Shown here: one piece after another, positions 1 to 10,999 of the stretch
Numbering within the stretch: the stretch's first letter is position 1
How the letters are laid out: each line of letters opens with the position of its first letter
From: Alphaproteobacteria bacterium
Lineage (GTDB): Bacteria; Pseudomonadota; Alphaproteobacteria; SHVV01
Assembly: GCA_965261735.1 (NCBI GenBank)
Contig: OZ253470.1
Span: 2,976,001 to 3,040,000 of the forward strand
Direction: 5' to 3'
DNA: 64,000 nt
Notes under the pieces: generated by a model
What the model saw: only the letters and a program-made list of their open reading frames with translations
Database searches by the model: none
What the model was told of the DNA's origin: nothing
Made by a program: the position numbers and the translations under genes

Positions 1-82
1 CTGATGATTCGATAGAACGGGCGGCTACGCGACGGCGTGTGGTATCGGCGGCCTCTTGTTCTTTGTGACGACCAGCTGGAAC

Positions 83-1187
83 CTTGCCTATCCGGTTAAC
101 GCCCATGACCGCTACATGTAGGGTGCCGCCACTCTCCCGAGTAAAGCTCGGCATAGGTTGGAGCAGAGGTGTCGCCCGCGATGCCGAGCAATGAGCGGAA
201 GGCGTTGAACGGGTAGAACCGCCTGTTGAAGCGGAAGGTGAACTCGTTGAGGTAGGCTTGTAGGTGCTGGTGGCTAACGCCGTGGTGGATACCGATCAGC
301 CACGTCTTCAGGTTGGCGAAAACCAGATGGATGATCGGCAGGTATTGCTCGGCAACCTCTGGATCACCACACTCGGCAACAGCGAAGTGCTCATAGCCGC
401 GCTTCCCGAGGCCAGCATAGCCGCTCCAATCGTCAGTAACGATCAGCGATCGCGGCGCGACGGTGCTCTCGACGAACCCACAGAGCGACTCGGCGCTACG
501 GTCGAGCACGACGGCGAGCCGAACGCGTCCGGCATAGCGTCCGTCTTTCCGGTTGTCGAGCTTGGTGCCCGGCTTTCGATGACGCACCTCGATGGCACAG
601 GAGACGGGAACCTTGTGGTGAACACCACGGCCTTCCCCACGCGTTCGCCCGCCAACCCAGGTTTCGTCCACCTCAACATGGTTCTTGGGCTGTCCACCGA
701 TCCTGTCTTGGTTGGGCCGCACCATGCCCGAGCGGAGCTTGTGGAGAATTTGAAAGGCCGTCTCGTAGCGCGAAAGACCAAGTTACCGCTGAAACTGCAC
801 GGCGGACATGCCGGGCGTCTGACTGGCGACCAGATAAGCGGCCCAGAACCAGACGTTCAGCGGAGTGTGGCTACGCTCCATCACTGTTCCCACCGTCAGC
901 CCGGTGTTCTGGCGGCACTTGCGGCAGCGCAGGACGCCAGGGCGGTTTTCAAAGTGGAACGGCTCTCCCGCCGTGCCGCAGTGCGGGCAGGCAAAGCCGT
1001 CTCCCCAGCGGGCTTTCTCCAGGTAGGCGGCGCAGGCCGCATCATCGGGGAAAAGTCGCTGGAACTCGGGTAGCGAATGCGGGAATGGGAGATCGGCGCG
1101 GTCGAGAACATCCATGGCGCGCTCCCCTATATCCGGGTTGCGCCCATTCTAGCCCTAGTGGGTGTGGGTGTAACCCGGATAGGCAAG
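83..1187 (-). mobile_element. IS1595-family insertion sequence, copy 1 (transposase has a nonsense mutation)
   Basis: Terminal inverted repeats CTTGCCTATCCGG (83-95) and CCGGATAGGCAAG (1175-1187); near-identical to the copies at 12993-17092 and 38028-39097; the 8-bp flanks (GCTGGAAC / GGCTTTTG) do not match, so no TSD. Confidence 0.9.
96..1115 (-). pseudogene. IS1595-family DDE transposase with in-frame stop
   Basis: Zn-ribbon CPHCG...CRKC, VEVDETW, TDDW, YLNEFTFRFNRR motifs; TAA at 783-785 where the other copies have CAA. Confidence 0.9.
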
Positions 1188-1343
1188 GGCTTTTGTTTGT
1201 CCCCATCCACCACAACATCAAGTGATCAATGAACCGCACACTAACAAAATTTATTGAAGATTCGTTTATGACGGCGCTCCTCTCCTCCATGATCTCGCGC
1301 CCGTGACAACAACACCCGACGTCCGTCGGGCGCCCCGAGGCGC

Positions 1344-2663
1344 TCAAACCGGCAACCGGACAAGTGCTCGCAGCCCGCCGAGCGGTGCCGCCTCGAGAGT
1401 CAGGTCGCCACCATGGCTTTGCGCCACGTCGCGGGCGATAGCCAGTCCGAGGCCCACGCCCCCGGTTTCCGGATTACGCGAGGCGTCGAGGCGACGAAAC
1501 GGCAGCAGTGCATCGGCGCGCTGCTCAGGCGCAATGCCCGGGCCGTTGTCGTCGACCGCCACCTCAATGGTCTCGCCGTTGCGCGTCGCCTCGACCGTCA
1601 CGAGCGTGCCGTAGCGCCGGGCGTTGTCGACCAGGTTGGTGACGCAGCGCTTGAACGCGTTGGGCTTGAGGGCCGCGTTCATGTCGCCCGAGGTGGTGAG
1701 GCTGATCTCGCCGCCTTGGCGGCTCGCCGAATTGACCACGTCGCCGAGGATGCGGGCGAGATCGGCGGGCACGGTGGCCTCCGCATCCTGGCCGCGCGCG
1801 AAGGCGAGGTAGCCCTCAACCATCGCCTCCATGTCGCGCACGTCGGCGGCGAGGTTGTCGATCTCGGCGCCATCACCCAGCATCGCCAATTGCAGCTTGA
1901 TCCGCGTGAGCGGGGTGCGTAGGTCGTGCGAGACGCCGGCCAGCATCTCGATGCGCTGCCTGATCTGGCGCTCGATGCGCGCCCGCATGCGCACGAAGGC
2001 GCGGGTCGCCTGGCGCACCTCCTCGGCGCCGGACGGCTTGAGATCGGGGACGTCCCGTCCTTTGCCGAAATTGTCGGCGGCCGTGGCAAGGCGGCGGATG
2101 GGGCGCATCTGATTGCGCAGGAAGACGATGGCGATGGCGAGCAGGACCAGCGACACGCCGACCATCCACATCACGAAAATGATGGTGGTCGAACTAGACA
2201 CGCGCTTGCGTGACGTGAACACGCGCAGCGTCCCGTCCGCCAGTTGCACCTTGACCTCGACGCGGTCGCGCAGGCTCGCCGTGTCGATCCGGTACGGGCG
2301 CCGAAGGCGCTCGTCGAGCGCGCGAGAGAGCATGCGGTCGAGGGTCCAGTTTCGCACCTGGAAGGGAGGCGGCGCGCCCGCCAGCACGTGGTCGGGCAGC
2401 CAGGTGACGTCGAGATTGAGCTGCTTGCTGGCGAGCGCGCGCACTTCCGCCTGTCGCGCCGGCGAGGGATCGGCGCCCAACAGGGTGATCACCATCGAGA
2501 TGTCGCCAGCGAGGCCAAGCGCAAGGCGGCGGCTCACGTCATCCCAGTGGCGCTCGTAGAAAACATAGGTGGCGATGATTTGCAGCAGCACGAACGGCGT
2601 CACGAGGATCACCAACGATCGGCCGAACAAGGTGCGCGGCATCAACTGCTTCAACATCGCCAT
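1344..2663 (-). CDS. EnvZ-like sensor histidine kinase
   Basis: Two TM segments, HAMP, SHDLRTPL H-box, NLVDNA, DNGPG and GxGLGL boxes. Confidence 0.92.
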   Translation of the reverse strand: MAMLKQLMPRTLFGRSLVILVTPFVLLQIIATYVFYERHWDDVSRRLALGLAGDISMVITLLGADPSPARQAEVRALASKQLNLDVTWLPDHVLAGAPPPFQVRNWTLDRMLSRALDERLRRPYRIDTASLRDRVEVKVQLADGTLRVFTSRKRVSSSTTIIFVMWMVGVSLVLLAIAIVFLRNQMRPIRRLATAADNFGKGRDVPDLKPSGAEEVRQATRAFVRMRARIERQIRQRIEMLAGVSHDLRTPLTRIKLQLAMLGDGAEIDNLAADVRDMEAMVEGYLAFARGQDAEATVPADLARILGDVVNSASRQGGEISLTTSGDMNAALKPNAFKRCVTNLVDNARRYGTLVTVEATRNGETIEVAVDDNGPGIAPEQRADALLPFRRLDASRNPETGGVGLGLAIARDVAQSHGGDLTLEAAPLGGLRALVRLPV

Positions 2664-2724
2664 CCCGGCGTCGTTCAGTGCAACACCCGATCCCTGCGGC
2701 CGTCCCGCATGGCTGGGGCTGGCT

Positions 2725-3390
2725 TCAGTCAGGCCACAGCACGTACCCCTCGCCGCGCACGGTCTGTAGGTATCGCGGCACCCGCGGGTTCGGCTCGATT
2801 CTACGCCGAAGCCGCGTGATTTGCACGTCCACCGAGCGATCCCTGGCCCCGCCCGTCAGCCGGCCGAGCTCGGCGCGCGACAGTGTCACCCCCGGGCTCT
2901 CGGCGAAAATGCGCAGCAGCTGGATCTCGCCCGAGGTGAGATAAACGGGCGCCCCGCCCAAGCTCAACTCGCCGCGGCCGACATCGAAGGTGTATTCGCC
3001 GAGCCCGATGCCTTCGGCCGCCGGCCGCTGAACGCGGCGCAGTATCTTTCCGATACGGAGCAGCAGCTCGCGCGGCTCGAAGGGCTTGACGAGATAGTCG
3101 TCGGCGCCGCTCTCGAGGCCGGCGATGCGGTCCCGCGGCTCGCCCATGGCCGTCAGCATCAGGATCGGCACGCGGGTCGATGCACCCAGCGATCGTGTGA
3201 GCTCGACCCCGCTCTCACCGGGCATCATGACATCGATGATCAGGAGATCGAACGCGAGCCCGGCCATCTTGCCGCGCGCCTCCGCGGAGTCGGTCGCGGC
3301 AGTCACCCAGTAGCCGTTCTCCTTGAGGTATTTGCTGAGCAGCTCTCGCAGGCGCGTATCGTCGTCGACAACGAGAATATGAGGCGTCAT
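2725..3390 (-). CDS. OmpR-family response regulator
   Basis: ILVVDDD, DVMMP, KPF receiver motifs; winged helix RSVDVQITRLR...TVRGEGY; start placed at ATG 3390. Confidence 0.92.
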   Translation of the reverse strand: MTPHILVVDDDTRLRELLSKYLKENGYWVTAATDSAEARGKMAGLAFDLLIIDVMMPGESGVELTRSLGASTRVPILMLTAMGEPRDRIAGLESGADDYLVKPFEPRELLLRIGKILRRVQRPAAEGIGLGEYTFDVGRGELSLGGAPVYLTSGEIQLLRIFAESPGVTLSRAELGRLTGGARDRSVDVQITRLRRRIEPNPRVPRYLQTVRGEGYVLWPD

Positions 3391-3586
3391 AGGCTGTCCG
3401 ACGTACCGTTTCCAACCGGTCCCGCGCCCGGCAAGCGTACACTTTTTTGCGCCCCCAAAGAGCAGGGATCCTTGCCGACCGCGCCCCGCGGGCCTCGAAT
3501 CCCGCCGCTTTCGTTGACACCACAAACTTACAATGTTACGTCTGAAGGGTGTATTTCGGACATATTCTGACCTAAGGCGTTCGGTG

Positions 3587-4492
3587 ATGGCCTCCCTTCC
3601 TTTTGACGATCGCGACGGTGTTATCTGGTGTGACGGCCAGATGATTCCGTGGCGCGATTGCAAAATCCACGTTCTCAGCCATGCGCTGCACTACGCCTCC
3701 GCCGTGTTCGAGGGGGAGCGCTCGTATGACGGCGTCGTCTTCAAGCTGAACGAGCATACTGAGCGGCTGGCCAATTCGGCCCGGGTTATGGGCTTCGAGC
3801 TGCCCTATAGCATCGCCGAAATCAATGCCGCGACCGACGAGGTTCTGGCGGCCAGCAACATCGTCGATGGATACGTGCGCCCGGTGGCGTGGCGCGGTAG
3901 CGAGGAAATGGGTGTTTCGGCCCAGGCCACCAAGATTCATCTGGCCATCGCCGCGTGGCAGTGGCCGTCGTACTTCACGCCCGAGGCGCGGCTTCTGGGG
4001 ATACGCCTCAAGACCGCTCGGTGGCGGCGGCCGGGGCCCGACATGGGTCCGGTCAAGACCAAGGCCGCCGGGCTGTACATGATCTGCACGCTGAGCAAGC
4101 ACGAGGTCGAGGCGGAGGGCTATCACGATGCCCTCATGCTCGACTGGCGCGGCCGCGTCGCCGAGACGACCGGTGCCAACATCTTCCTCACCAAGCAGGG
4201 CGTGCTGCATACTCCGACGCCCGACTGCTTCCTCGACGGCATCACGCGGCGAACCGTCATCGAGCTCGCCCGCGCGCGCGGCTACTCCGTGATCGAACGC
4301 GCCGTCATGCCCGAGGAGCTCGCCGGCGCCGATGAAATATTCATTACCGGCACCGCCGCCGAAGTGACCCCGGTCAACGAGATCGACGGGCATATGTTCG
4401 AGGTCGGTCCCGTGGCCCGGCAGATGATCGAGGACTACGACGCCGTGGTCCACCGCCGGGCTCCAGCCGTGGCCACGGCCGCCGCCGAATAG
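3587..4492 (+). CDS. ilvE: Branched-chain amino acid aminotransferase
   Basis: HALHY..AVFEG, KAAGLY, ETTGANIF, LDGITR, GTAAEV class IV aminotransferase motifs. Confidence 0.93.
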   Translation: MASLPFDDRDGVIWCDGQMIPWRDCKIHVLSHALHYASAVFEGERSYDGVVFKLNEHTERLANSARVMGFELPYSIAEINAATDEVLAASNIVDGYVRPVAWRGSEEMGVSAQATKIHLAIAAWQWPSYFTPEARLLGIRLKTARWRRPGPDMGPVKTKAAGLYMICTLSKHEVEAEGYHDALMLDWRGRVAETTGANIFLTKQGVLHTPTPDCFLDGITRRTVIELARARGYSVIERAVMPEELAGADEIFITGTAAEVTPVNEIDGHMFEVGPVARQMIEDYDAVVHRRAPAVATAAAE

Positions 4493-4643
4493 GCCTCTCT
4501 TGCGGCCTCCGCCCCGGCGCCGGCGCTATAGGCCTACTCGCCCATCCGGCGCTGCGCGGCCCCCAGGGCCACATGCTTTCGATCACAGCGGGTGCGAAGC
4601 AAGCCGCCTTACCGTTCCCGCCTGATATGGTAAGGAGCGGAAC

Positions 4644-5380
4644 ATAAGCGCGGACCCCCTCCGTCGTGTACTAGAAGCGACCGGCTATCTGCCGGAGGGC
4701 CAGCCGGCGCCAGGCGTGCGCCTTGGCGAGGACGCTCGCCGCATGCGTCACGGTCGCGCATTTTCGCCCGATGCGTTGTGGCGAGGGTCCTTAGCTCTCA
4801 CGGTCTATTTTAAGTTCGAGTCCTCGCGTCCGACTGATGAGCTTGTTGGCGCCTGGCGGCGGGAGATATGGAACGAGGGCTTCGCGCCGCTGCTCTGGGT
4901 GATCTGTCCAGACCGGATCGACCTCTACAATGGTTTCGGCCGCCCCTTGGAGACAGGGGACGCCGCCAAGCACCGGCTTCGGACTTTCCGCAACATCGAC
5001 TCTGCGCGCAGTGAACTCGACGCGCTCGCTGGCCGGCTCTCAATGGAGACAGGCCAGTTCTGACGCCAAACGCCCACCATCGATCGGAAGACCAGCGTCG
5101 ATCGGCAACTGCTGTCCGATCTCGCCTCCCTCGAGCATGACCTAGTGGGCGCGAACCTCGAACGTTCCGAGGCTCAAGGGCTGATCGGGCGCTCCATTTT
5201 CACACAGTATCTCATTGATCGCGGTATCGTCGGCGCAGCGCGCCTTCAACGTCTTTGTGGCCATCACGCCCTACCGCGAATCTTGCGCGGACGCGCCACT
5301 ACGGAGCGGCTGTTCGCTTGGCTTAGCCATACGTTCAATGGCGATATGTTCCCGACTTCGACCGCTGCAGCAACGCCTCG
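4644..5380 (+). pseudogene. N-terminal remnant of a large putative N6-adenine DNA methylase / type IIG-like R-M protein
   Basis: SD AAGGAG (4632-4637) followed by in-frame ATA at 4644; frame continues through TGA 5061-5063 into VDRQLLSDL...LIGRSIFTQYLIDRG...LFAWLSHTFNGDMFP; cut by IS256. Family call rests on resemblance only; catalytic motifs are not in the window. Confidence 0.6.
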
Positions 5381-6829
5381 GATCGTGTCCCGCGGAGTGG
5401 TGTAAAAGCGTTGCGCTCTACGCGGCTCCCGGCGGGTAGGGCCGGGACGTTCAGGCTGCCACGGTGGGCAGCGTGATGGGGACACCATCGCTCAGCGGAG
5501 CGATGGATTCCAGCGTCATGTATCTCCTTGAGACGGCCCACTCGTCGTTCTGCTCGAGAAGGATGGCGCCGACGAGCCGTGTGATGGCGGCTTCGTTGGG
5601 AAAGATACCGACGACGTTGGTGCGACGCTTGACCTCGGCATGGAGCCGTTCGATCGGGTTTGTGGAGTGCAATTTCTGGCGGTGCTCCCTGGGGAAGCTC
5701 ATGTAGGCGAGGACGTCGTGCTCGGCTTCGTCCATGAGAACTGCCAGCTTGGGCACCTTGGGCCTGAGCTGGTCGGCGACCTGGCGCCACTGGACCTTCG
5801 CGCTGTCGGCGTCCTCCTGGGCGAAGGCGGTGGCGACGAAGGCGGAGACGACGCGCCGGCCCTGGCGGCCGGCATGGGCCAGCAGGTTGCGGGCGAAGTG
5901 CACGCGGCAGCGCTGCCATGTGGCGCCGAGGATCCGGGTCGCGGCGGCCTTCAGGCCCTTGTGGTCGTCGGAGATCACCAGCTTCACGCCGCGCAGCCCG
6001 CGCCGGGCCAGCGAGCGCAGGAACTCGGTCCAGAAGGTCTCGGCCTCCGACGCGCCGATCGCCACGCCCAGGACCTCGCGGCGGCCTTGGTCGTTGACGG
6101 CCACAGCCACGGTCACCGCGACCGAGACGATGCGTCCGGTCTGGCGCACCTTCACGTAGGTGGCGTCGAGCCACAGATAGGGCCAGTCGCCCTCCAGCGG
6201 TCGATCGAGGAAGCCGTTGACCTTATCGTCGATCTCGCCGCACAGCCTGGAGACCTGGCTCTTGGAGGCGCCCGACATCCCCATCGCCTGAACCAGATCG
6301 TCGACCGAGCGGGTCGACACCCCCTGGATGTAGGCCTCCTGGATCACCGCAGCCAGCGCCTTCTCGGCCATCCGCCGCGGCTCCAGGAAGCCCGGGAAGT
6401 AGCTTCCCTTCCTCAGCTTCGGGATCTTCAGCTCGACCGTGCCGGCCCGCGTCTCCCAGGACCGGTCGCGGTAGCCGTTGCGATGGGTGATACGATCCGC
6501 CGAGCGCTCGCCGTGCCCGGCGCCGGTCAGGCCCTCAACCTCCAGTGCCATCAGCCGCTCGGCCGTGAAGCCGATCATCTCGCAAAGCAGATCGGCATCG
6601 GAGCTCTTCTCCAAAAGCGCGCGCAGGGTCATCATGTCCTGGGTCATCGTGGTTCTCCTTCGGGTCAGGTTGGTTTGCACTAGCCCAACCCTAAACCGGA
6701 ACCGCGATGGCCTCCGCTGTGGATAGCCGGCTTGCCTACGCCAGACTCTCGGCGGTCGCTACGGCAAGCCGCCTACCCACAGCTACCAGAGGCTCCAACA
6801 ACTCCTACACCACGTCCTGGGATACGACC
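5381..6829 (-). mobile_element. IS256-family insertion sequence, copy 1
   Basis: Ends GATCGTGTCCC / GGGATACGACC; near-identical to 35733-37166; flanks ACGCCTCG / GTCGCCAA give no TSD. Confidence 0.92.
5451..6680 (-). CDS. IS256 (Mutator-like) transposase
   Basis: [38 protein letters not shown] motifs. Confidence 0.95.
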   Translation of the reverse strand: MQTNLTRRRTTMTQDMMTLRALLEKSSDADLLCEMIGFTAERLMALEVEGLTGAGHGERSADRITHRNGYRDRSWETRAGTVELKIPKLRKGSYFPGFLEPRRMAEKALAAVIQEAYIQGVSTRSVDDLVQAMGMSGASKSQVSRLCGEIDDKVNGFLDRPLEGDWPYLWLDATYVKVRQTGRIVSVAVTVAVAVNDQGRREVLGVAIGASEAETFWTEFLRSLARRGLRGVKLVISDDHKGLKAAATRILGATWQRCRVHFARNLLAHAGRQGRRVVSAFVATAFAQEDADSAKVQWRQVADQLRPKVPKLAVLMDEAEHDVLAYMSFPREHRQKLHSTNPIERLHAEVKRRTNVVGIFPNEAAITRLVGAILLEQNDEWAVSRRYMTLESIAPLSDGVPITLPTVAA

Positions 6830-6961
6830 GTCGCCAACCACATCTCGGCGAGCGACTGGCTCTTCACGGGAACGCAGGCCCCCGAGCCGGCTGCGCTGGC
6901 CTTGTTCGCCTTCGGGCTCGCCGGGCTCGGCGTAACGATGCGGCGCCGCCGGACCGCCTAA
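6830..6961 (+). pseudogene. Orphan C-terminus of a PEP-CTERM (exosortase substrate) protein
   Basis: APEPAALALFAFGLAGLGVTMRRRRTA*: PEP motif, hydrophobic helix, basic tail; 5' part replaced by IS256. Confidence 0.8.
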
Positions 6962-7109
6962 CATCTCGTTGCAGCGCTCGCTGTGCGCGGCGCCGCTCCA
7001 TCGAACCTCCCCATAGGCGGCCGCCCTGCGGCGTGCCGCCCCAGGCAATGCCAGGCCTAAACTGTGGTGCCGCCTGTAGGGTTCGCGGCGGGCGCCCAGA
7101 TGGCGCCGC

Positions 7110-8087
7110 CTACATAAAGAGCGACTCGTTCTCCATGCCCTCGTAGAGCTGGGCCACGTATTCGCCGTAGCCGTTGTAGATCTGGGTCGCGACGCGTTCG
7201 TCCGTGCCGATCAGCCGCTCCGTCCGCTGGCTCCAGCGCGGGTGCGCGATGTCGGGATTGACGTTGGCCCAAAAGCCGTACTCGTTGGGGCCGACCTCAC
7301 CCCAAAACGTCTTCGGCCGCTCGGCCGCGAAGGTGAAGCGCACGATCGATTTGATCGACTTGAAGCCGTACTTCCACGGCGCCGCGAGGCGTAGCGGCGA
7401 GCCATGCTGCTTGGGCATCGGCTTGCCGTAGATGCCCGTGGCCATGAACGTGAGCTCGTTGGTCGCCTCGGCCATGGTCAGCCCCTCGACGTAGGGCCAG
7501 GGATACCAGAACTGCTTCAGCCCGGGCGCGAACTTGGCATCGCCGAAGGTTTCCATGACCACGTATCTGGCCGACGACAGGGGCTGGGCGAAATCGACCA
7601 ACGCCTTCATCGCAAAGCCGCTCCACGGCACCGCCATCGCCCAGGCCTCGACGCAGCGGTGCCGGTAGTAGCGCTCCTCGCGCGGCATCTTGGCGATCAA
7701 CTCGTCGATACCGATCTCGATCTCTTTCTCGAGGAGGCCGTCGAAGCGCACCGTCCAAGGCCGGATCGGTAGCTTCTGCGCCGCCTTCCAGATCTGCTTG
7801 TGCGAGCCGAACTCGTAGAAATTGTTGTAGGTCGCCGCGACCTTGGGATCGGTCATCTCGCGATCGAGGAAGTAGCGGATGTTGCGCGCGAAGGGATAGA
7901 GGTGCTCGGACGGGTCGGCCTCGGTGGCCGCCCGCGCGGCGCGCGGCAGCGCCCCGAGAGCCCCGCCCGCGGCCAGGATGGAGCCCGCCGCGATACCCTT
8001 CATCAGGCGCCGCCGGTCATGGAACACGTGCTCCGGCGTGAGCGCGGATTCGGGGATCTCCCAGCCGCGTGGAATCTTGATCAGCAT
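7110..8087 (-). CDS. msrP: Periplasmic protein-methionine-sulfoxide reductase catalytic subunit
   Basis: Tat motif RRRLMKG, YNNFYEFG, RHRCVEAW, PWKYGFKSIKSI, YGFWANVNP; GGAGG upstream of ATG 8087. Confidence 0.93.
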   Translation of the reverse strand: MLIKIPRGWEIPESALTPEHVFHDRRRLMKGIAAGSILAAGGALGALPRAARAATEADPSEHLYPFARNIRYFLDREMTDPKVAATYNNFYEFGSHKQIWKAAQKLPIRPWTVRFDGLLEKEIEIGIDELIAKMPREERYYRHRCVEAWAMAVPWSGFAMKALVDFAQPLSSARYVVMETFGDAKFAPGLKQFWYPWPYVEGLTMAEATNELTFMATGIYGKPMPKQHGSPLRLAAPWKYGFKSIKSIVRFTFAAERPKTFWGEVGPNEYGFWANVNPDIAHPRWSQRTERLIGTDERVATQIYNGYGEYVAQLYEGMENESLFM

Positions 8088-8193
8088 GGCGAACCTCCAG
8101 CCGTACGGCGCTGCCCACGAATGTGCCCTGTGTGGCGCTGCGGGCAAGTCAAATCTTCGTGACGCTTTGCCCGCGCGCAGCTGCGTGGAAACC

Positions 8194-8976
8194 CTAGGTG
8201 AAGCTCACGGAGACCGTGCCGAGGTTCCCGAAATCCCCTTCGACGGTGTCGCCGGGAGCGACCTGGACCACGACGCAGGTGCTCCCCGTGGTCACCATCT
8301 CGCCGGACTTGAGCCCCATGCCGCGCGCCGCCGCGTAGTTGGCGAGCCAGACGAGCGCGTTGAGCGGACTGCCCAGCACCCGCGCCCCGGTATCGCGCCC
8401 CTGTTCGACGCCGTTGAGGGCGATGCTGACTTCGTGCTGCGGTAGCGCCGCCGGGGACCAGTCCTCGACCATGGTACCGGCGACGAACTCGCCGTGTGTC
8501 GCGTTGTCGGCGATGAACTCGGCCGGGGGCAGCGCGAGCCAGTCCTCGTAGCGCGACGCGATCACCTCGATGGCGGGACACACCCCGGCCACGGCGGCGA
8601 CCACCGCCTCCTCCCCATAGGGCGCCCCGGCCGCCGGCAGGTCCGCCTTCAACCGAAATGCGAACTCGACCTCGGCACCGCGCGTGAAGACCGCGTCCGC
8701 CTTCAGGTGCGCGCCGCTGTCGTGCGTCTTACCTTCGATCAGGCGGCCGAAAACCGGGTCGGAGAGCTCGAAGCGGGCCATGGCGCGGGCGCTGGTGGCG
8801 CCGATCTTCCAGCCCACCGGGGCGCCGCCATAGAGCGGCACCACGCGGCGCTGGATCTCGTAGGCATCGTCGATGCTGGCGGGGCGCAGTCCCTCGGGAA
8901 GGCGGGCGAGGCAGCGGCGCGAGCCGAGGGCGCCCGCTAGCAGTGCCGCGGCGCTCTCGTAATCTTCAGCCTTCAT
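8194..8976 (-). CDS. FAH-superfamily 2-keto-4-pentenoate hydratase-like protein
   Basis: GWKIGATS, EVEFAF, PAIEVI, IADNA, VLGSP, TTGS motifs. Confidence 0.85.
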   Translation of the reverse strand: MKAEDYESAAALLAGALGSRRCLARLPEGLRPASIDDAYEIQRRVVPLYGGAPVGWKIGATSARAMARFELSDPVFGRLIEGKTHDSGAHLKADAVFTRGAEVEFAFRLKADLPAAGAPYGEEAVVAAVAGVCPAIEVIASRYEDWLALPPAEFIADNATHGEFVAGTMVEDWSPAALPQHEVSIALNGVEQGRDTGARVLGSPLNALVWLANYAAARGMGLKSGEMVTTGSTCVVVQVAPGDTVEGDFGNLGTVSVSFT

Positions 8977-8980
8977 GCCC

Positions 8981-10999
8981 CTACTCCGCCGCGTCCGCCG
9001 CCAGCACCTGGTCGGCGAGCCGCCCAACCAGTTCCTGGAGGTGGTCGAAGTCCGATGTGAAGGTGCCGACGCCCTGCGAGAGCGAGCGCAGCTCGACGAT
9101 CAAGTCCTGTACCTCGACCTGCGGAATGCGGGCGCTGACCACGTCCCAACCCTGCCAGTCGGGCCGCGGCTCGAAGCCGAGGATTTGCCCGCGCCGGCTG
9201 CTGACGAGGGTATTGACCTTGGGCGTGTACTCGGAAGGCACGGCGACGTCGACCTTGAGGATCGGCTCGAGCAGCACCGGGCCGCATTGCGGCATGCCCT
9301 CGCGCATGGCCAGCGCGCCCGCCGTCTTGAAGGCGAGCTCGGAGCTGTCGACGCTGTGGAAGGAGCCGTCGGTCAGGGTGACGGACACGTCGACCACAGG
9401 GTGGCCGAGCGGCCCCTTGCGTAGATACTCGCGCACGCCGGCCTCGACGGCGGGAATGTACTGCTTGGGGATGGCGCCGCCCACGATCATGCTGGCGAAG
9501 GTGATGCCGGAGCCGCGCGGCAGCGGCTTGATATCGATGTGGACGTCACCGAACTGGCCGTGGCCGCCGGTCTGGCGCTTGAAACGCCCGTGCTGGGAGA
9601 CCGGCTTGCGGATCGCCTCCTTGTAAGGGACCTTGGGCCGCTCGGTCGCGACCTCGAGCCCGAACTTGTTCTTGAGCCGCTCTACCGCGACGCGCAGATG
9701 CATCTCACCCTGACCGCGCAGCAGTAGCTCGTTGGTATCCTGTATGTGCTCGGTCGACAGCGACGGGTCCTCATCGAGCAATCGAGCCACGGCGCCCGAT
9801 AGCTTGACCTCGTCGTTGCGATTGGCGGCGCTGATCGCCAGCGCGTAGACAGGCGGCAGGACATCGGCCCGAGGTAAGCCATGGCCACCCTTGGCCGTCG
9901 ACAGCGTATCCCCGGTTGCCGCCTCATCGAGCCGGCTCAAGGCGATGACATCGCCGGCAGTGGCCTCGCCGAGTTTCTTGGTCTGCTGGCCGAGCATCGC
10001 AAAAATACCGGAGGGGCGGGCACCATCGAGCGTGTCGCCCTCGCTGATCGTGCCGCGCCAGACGCGGGCCAGCGACAGCTTGCCGATATTGGGCTGGTTG
10101 TATGTCTTGAGCACCTGCGCGATCGCCGGCCCCGACGCATCGATGCCGAGGCGCGTCAGCGTCTGCTGTACCCCCGGCGTGTCGTGCCGCAGGGCCTTCA
10201 GCAGGCGGCGCACGCCGTGGTCGACCTCGCCGGCACCGAACATGACCGGCACAAGGTCACCGCCCGCGACGATCTTCGTCAGGTCGGTGAACACCTCCTC
10301 GTTCGCAGGATCGACATCCTCGAGCAGCTTCTCCATCAGGCTGTCGTCGAAGTCCGCCATCTTTTCCAGCATGGCGTAGCGTGCCTGTGCCACCGCCTCG
10401 GCCTGGGCGGCTGGTACTTCGATCGGATCGGACGCGGCGTTCGGCTTGTAGGCGTACCCGCGGCCGCTCGCGAGATCGACATACCCGGTGAGCATTTCGC
10501 CCTCCCTGAGCGGCAACTCACGCGCGACGAGCGGGCGTTCGGACGCGGCCTGCAGGGCGGCGATGACCTCGTCGAGCCCGCCCTCGACGCGGTCGACCTT
10601 GTTGACGAAGATCAGGCTCGGAATACGCTTTCCCTCGAGGAACTTGAGGATCGGCGCGAGCGCGGTCGCGCGCGTCGCGTCGGGCTCACAGACGACGACC
10701 GCGATGTCCGCGCCGACCAGGGCGTTGTAGCTCTCCTGGAGAAACTCGATCGAGCCCGGGCAGTCGAGAAAGGTGATGCTGTCGCCGAGAAAGCTCGTCG
10801 TCGCGACGTTGACCTCGACCCCCATTTGCCGTTCGCGCGCCTCGGCAGAGGCATCGCCCACGGTATTGCCTTCCTTGATGCTGCCCTTGCGCGTCGTTGC
10901 CCCGGTGACGAAGAGGATGCTCTCGAGCAGCGACGTTTTGCCACTCAAGTAAGGCCCGACGAGCGCCACGCTGCGCGCCGCCGCCGTCGTTTCGGTCAT
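8981..10999 (-). CDS. Elongation factor G-like paralog (EF-G2 type)
   Basis: GPYLSGKT, DCPG, NKVD; GQGEMHL, KRQTGGHGQFG, DGSFHSVDSS, PVLLEP EF-G motifs. Confidence 0.9.
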   Translation of the reverse strand: MTETTAAARSVALVGPYLSGKTSLLESILFVTGATTRKGSIKEGNTVGDASAEARERQMGVEVNVATTSFLGDSITFLDCPGSIEFLQESYNALVGADIAVVVCEPDATRATALAPILKFLEGKRIPSLIFVNKVDRVEGGLDEVIAALQAASERPLVARELPLREGEMLTGYVDLASGRGYAYKPNAASDPIEVPAAQAEAVAQARYAMLEKMADFDDSLMEKLLEDVDPANEEVFTDLTKIVAGGDLVPVMFGAGEVDHGVRRLLKALRHDTPGVQQTLTRLGIDASGPAIAQVLKTYNQPNIGKLSLARVWRGTISEGDTLDGARPSGIFAMLGQQTKKLGEATAGDVIALSRLDEAATGDTLSTAKGGHGLPRADVLPPVYALAISAANRNDEVKLSGAVARLLDEDPSLSTEHIQDTNELLLRGQGEMHLRVAVERLKNKFGLEVATERPKVPYKEAIRKPVSQHGRFKRQTGGHGQFGDVHIDIKPLPRGSGITFASMIVGGAIPKQYIPAVEAGVREYLRKGPLGHPVVDVSVTLTDGSFHSVDSSELAFKTAGALAMREGMPQCGPVLLEPILKVDVAVPSEYTPKVNTLVSSRRGQILGFEPRPDWQGWDVVSARIPQVEVQDLIVELRSLSQGVGTFTSDFDHLQELVGRLADQVLAADAAE

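Noticed and set aside
264-1073. Long antisense ORFs over transposases and housekeeping genes (also 5640-6683, 20176-21921, 30373-31920, 55137-56609)
   Set aside because: Shadow ORFs expected in high-GC DNA; they overlap well-supported genes and show no motifs
5061-5063. In-frame TGA as selenocysteine or Trp recoding
   Set aside because: TGA terminates many normal genes here, and this gene also lacks its start and is IS-truncated
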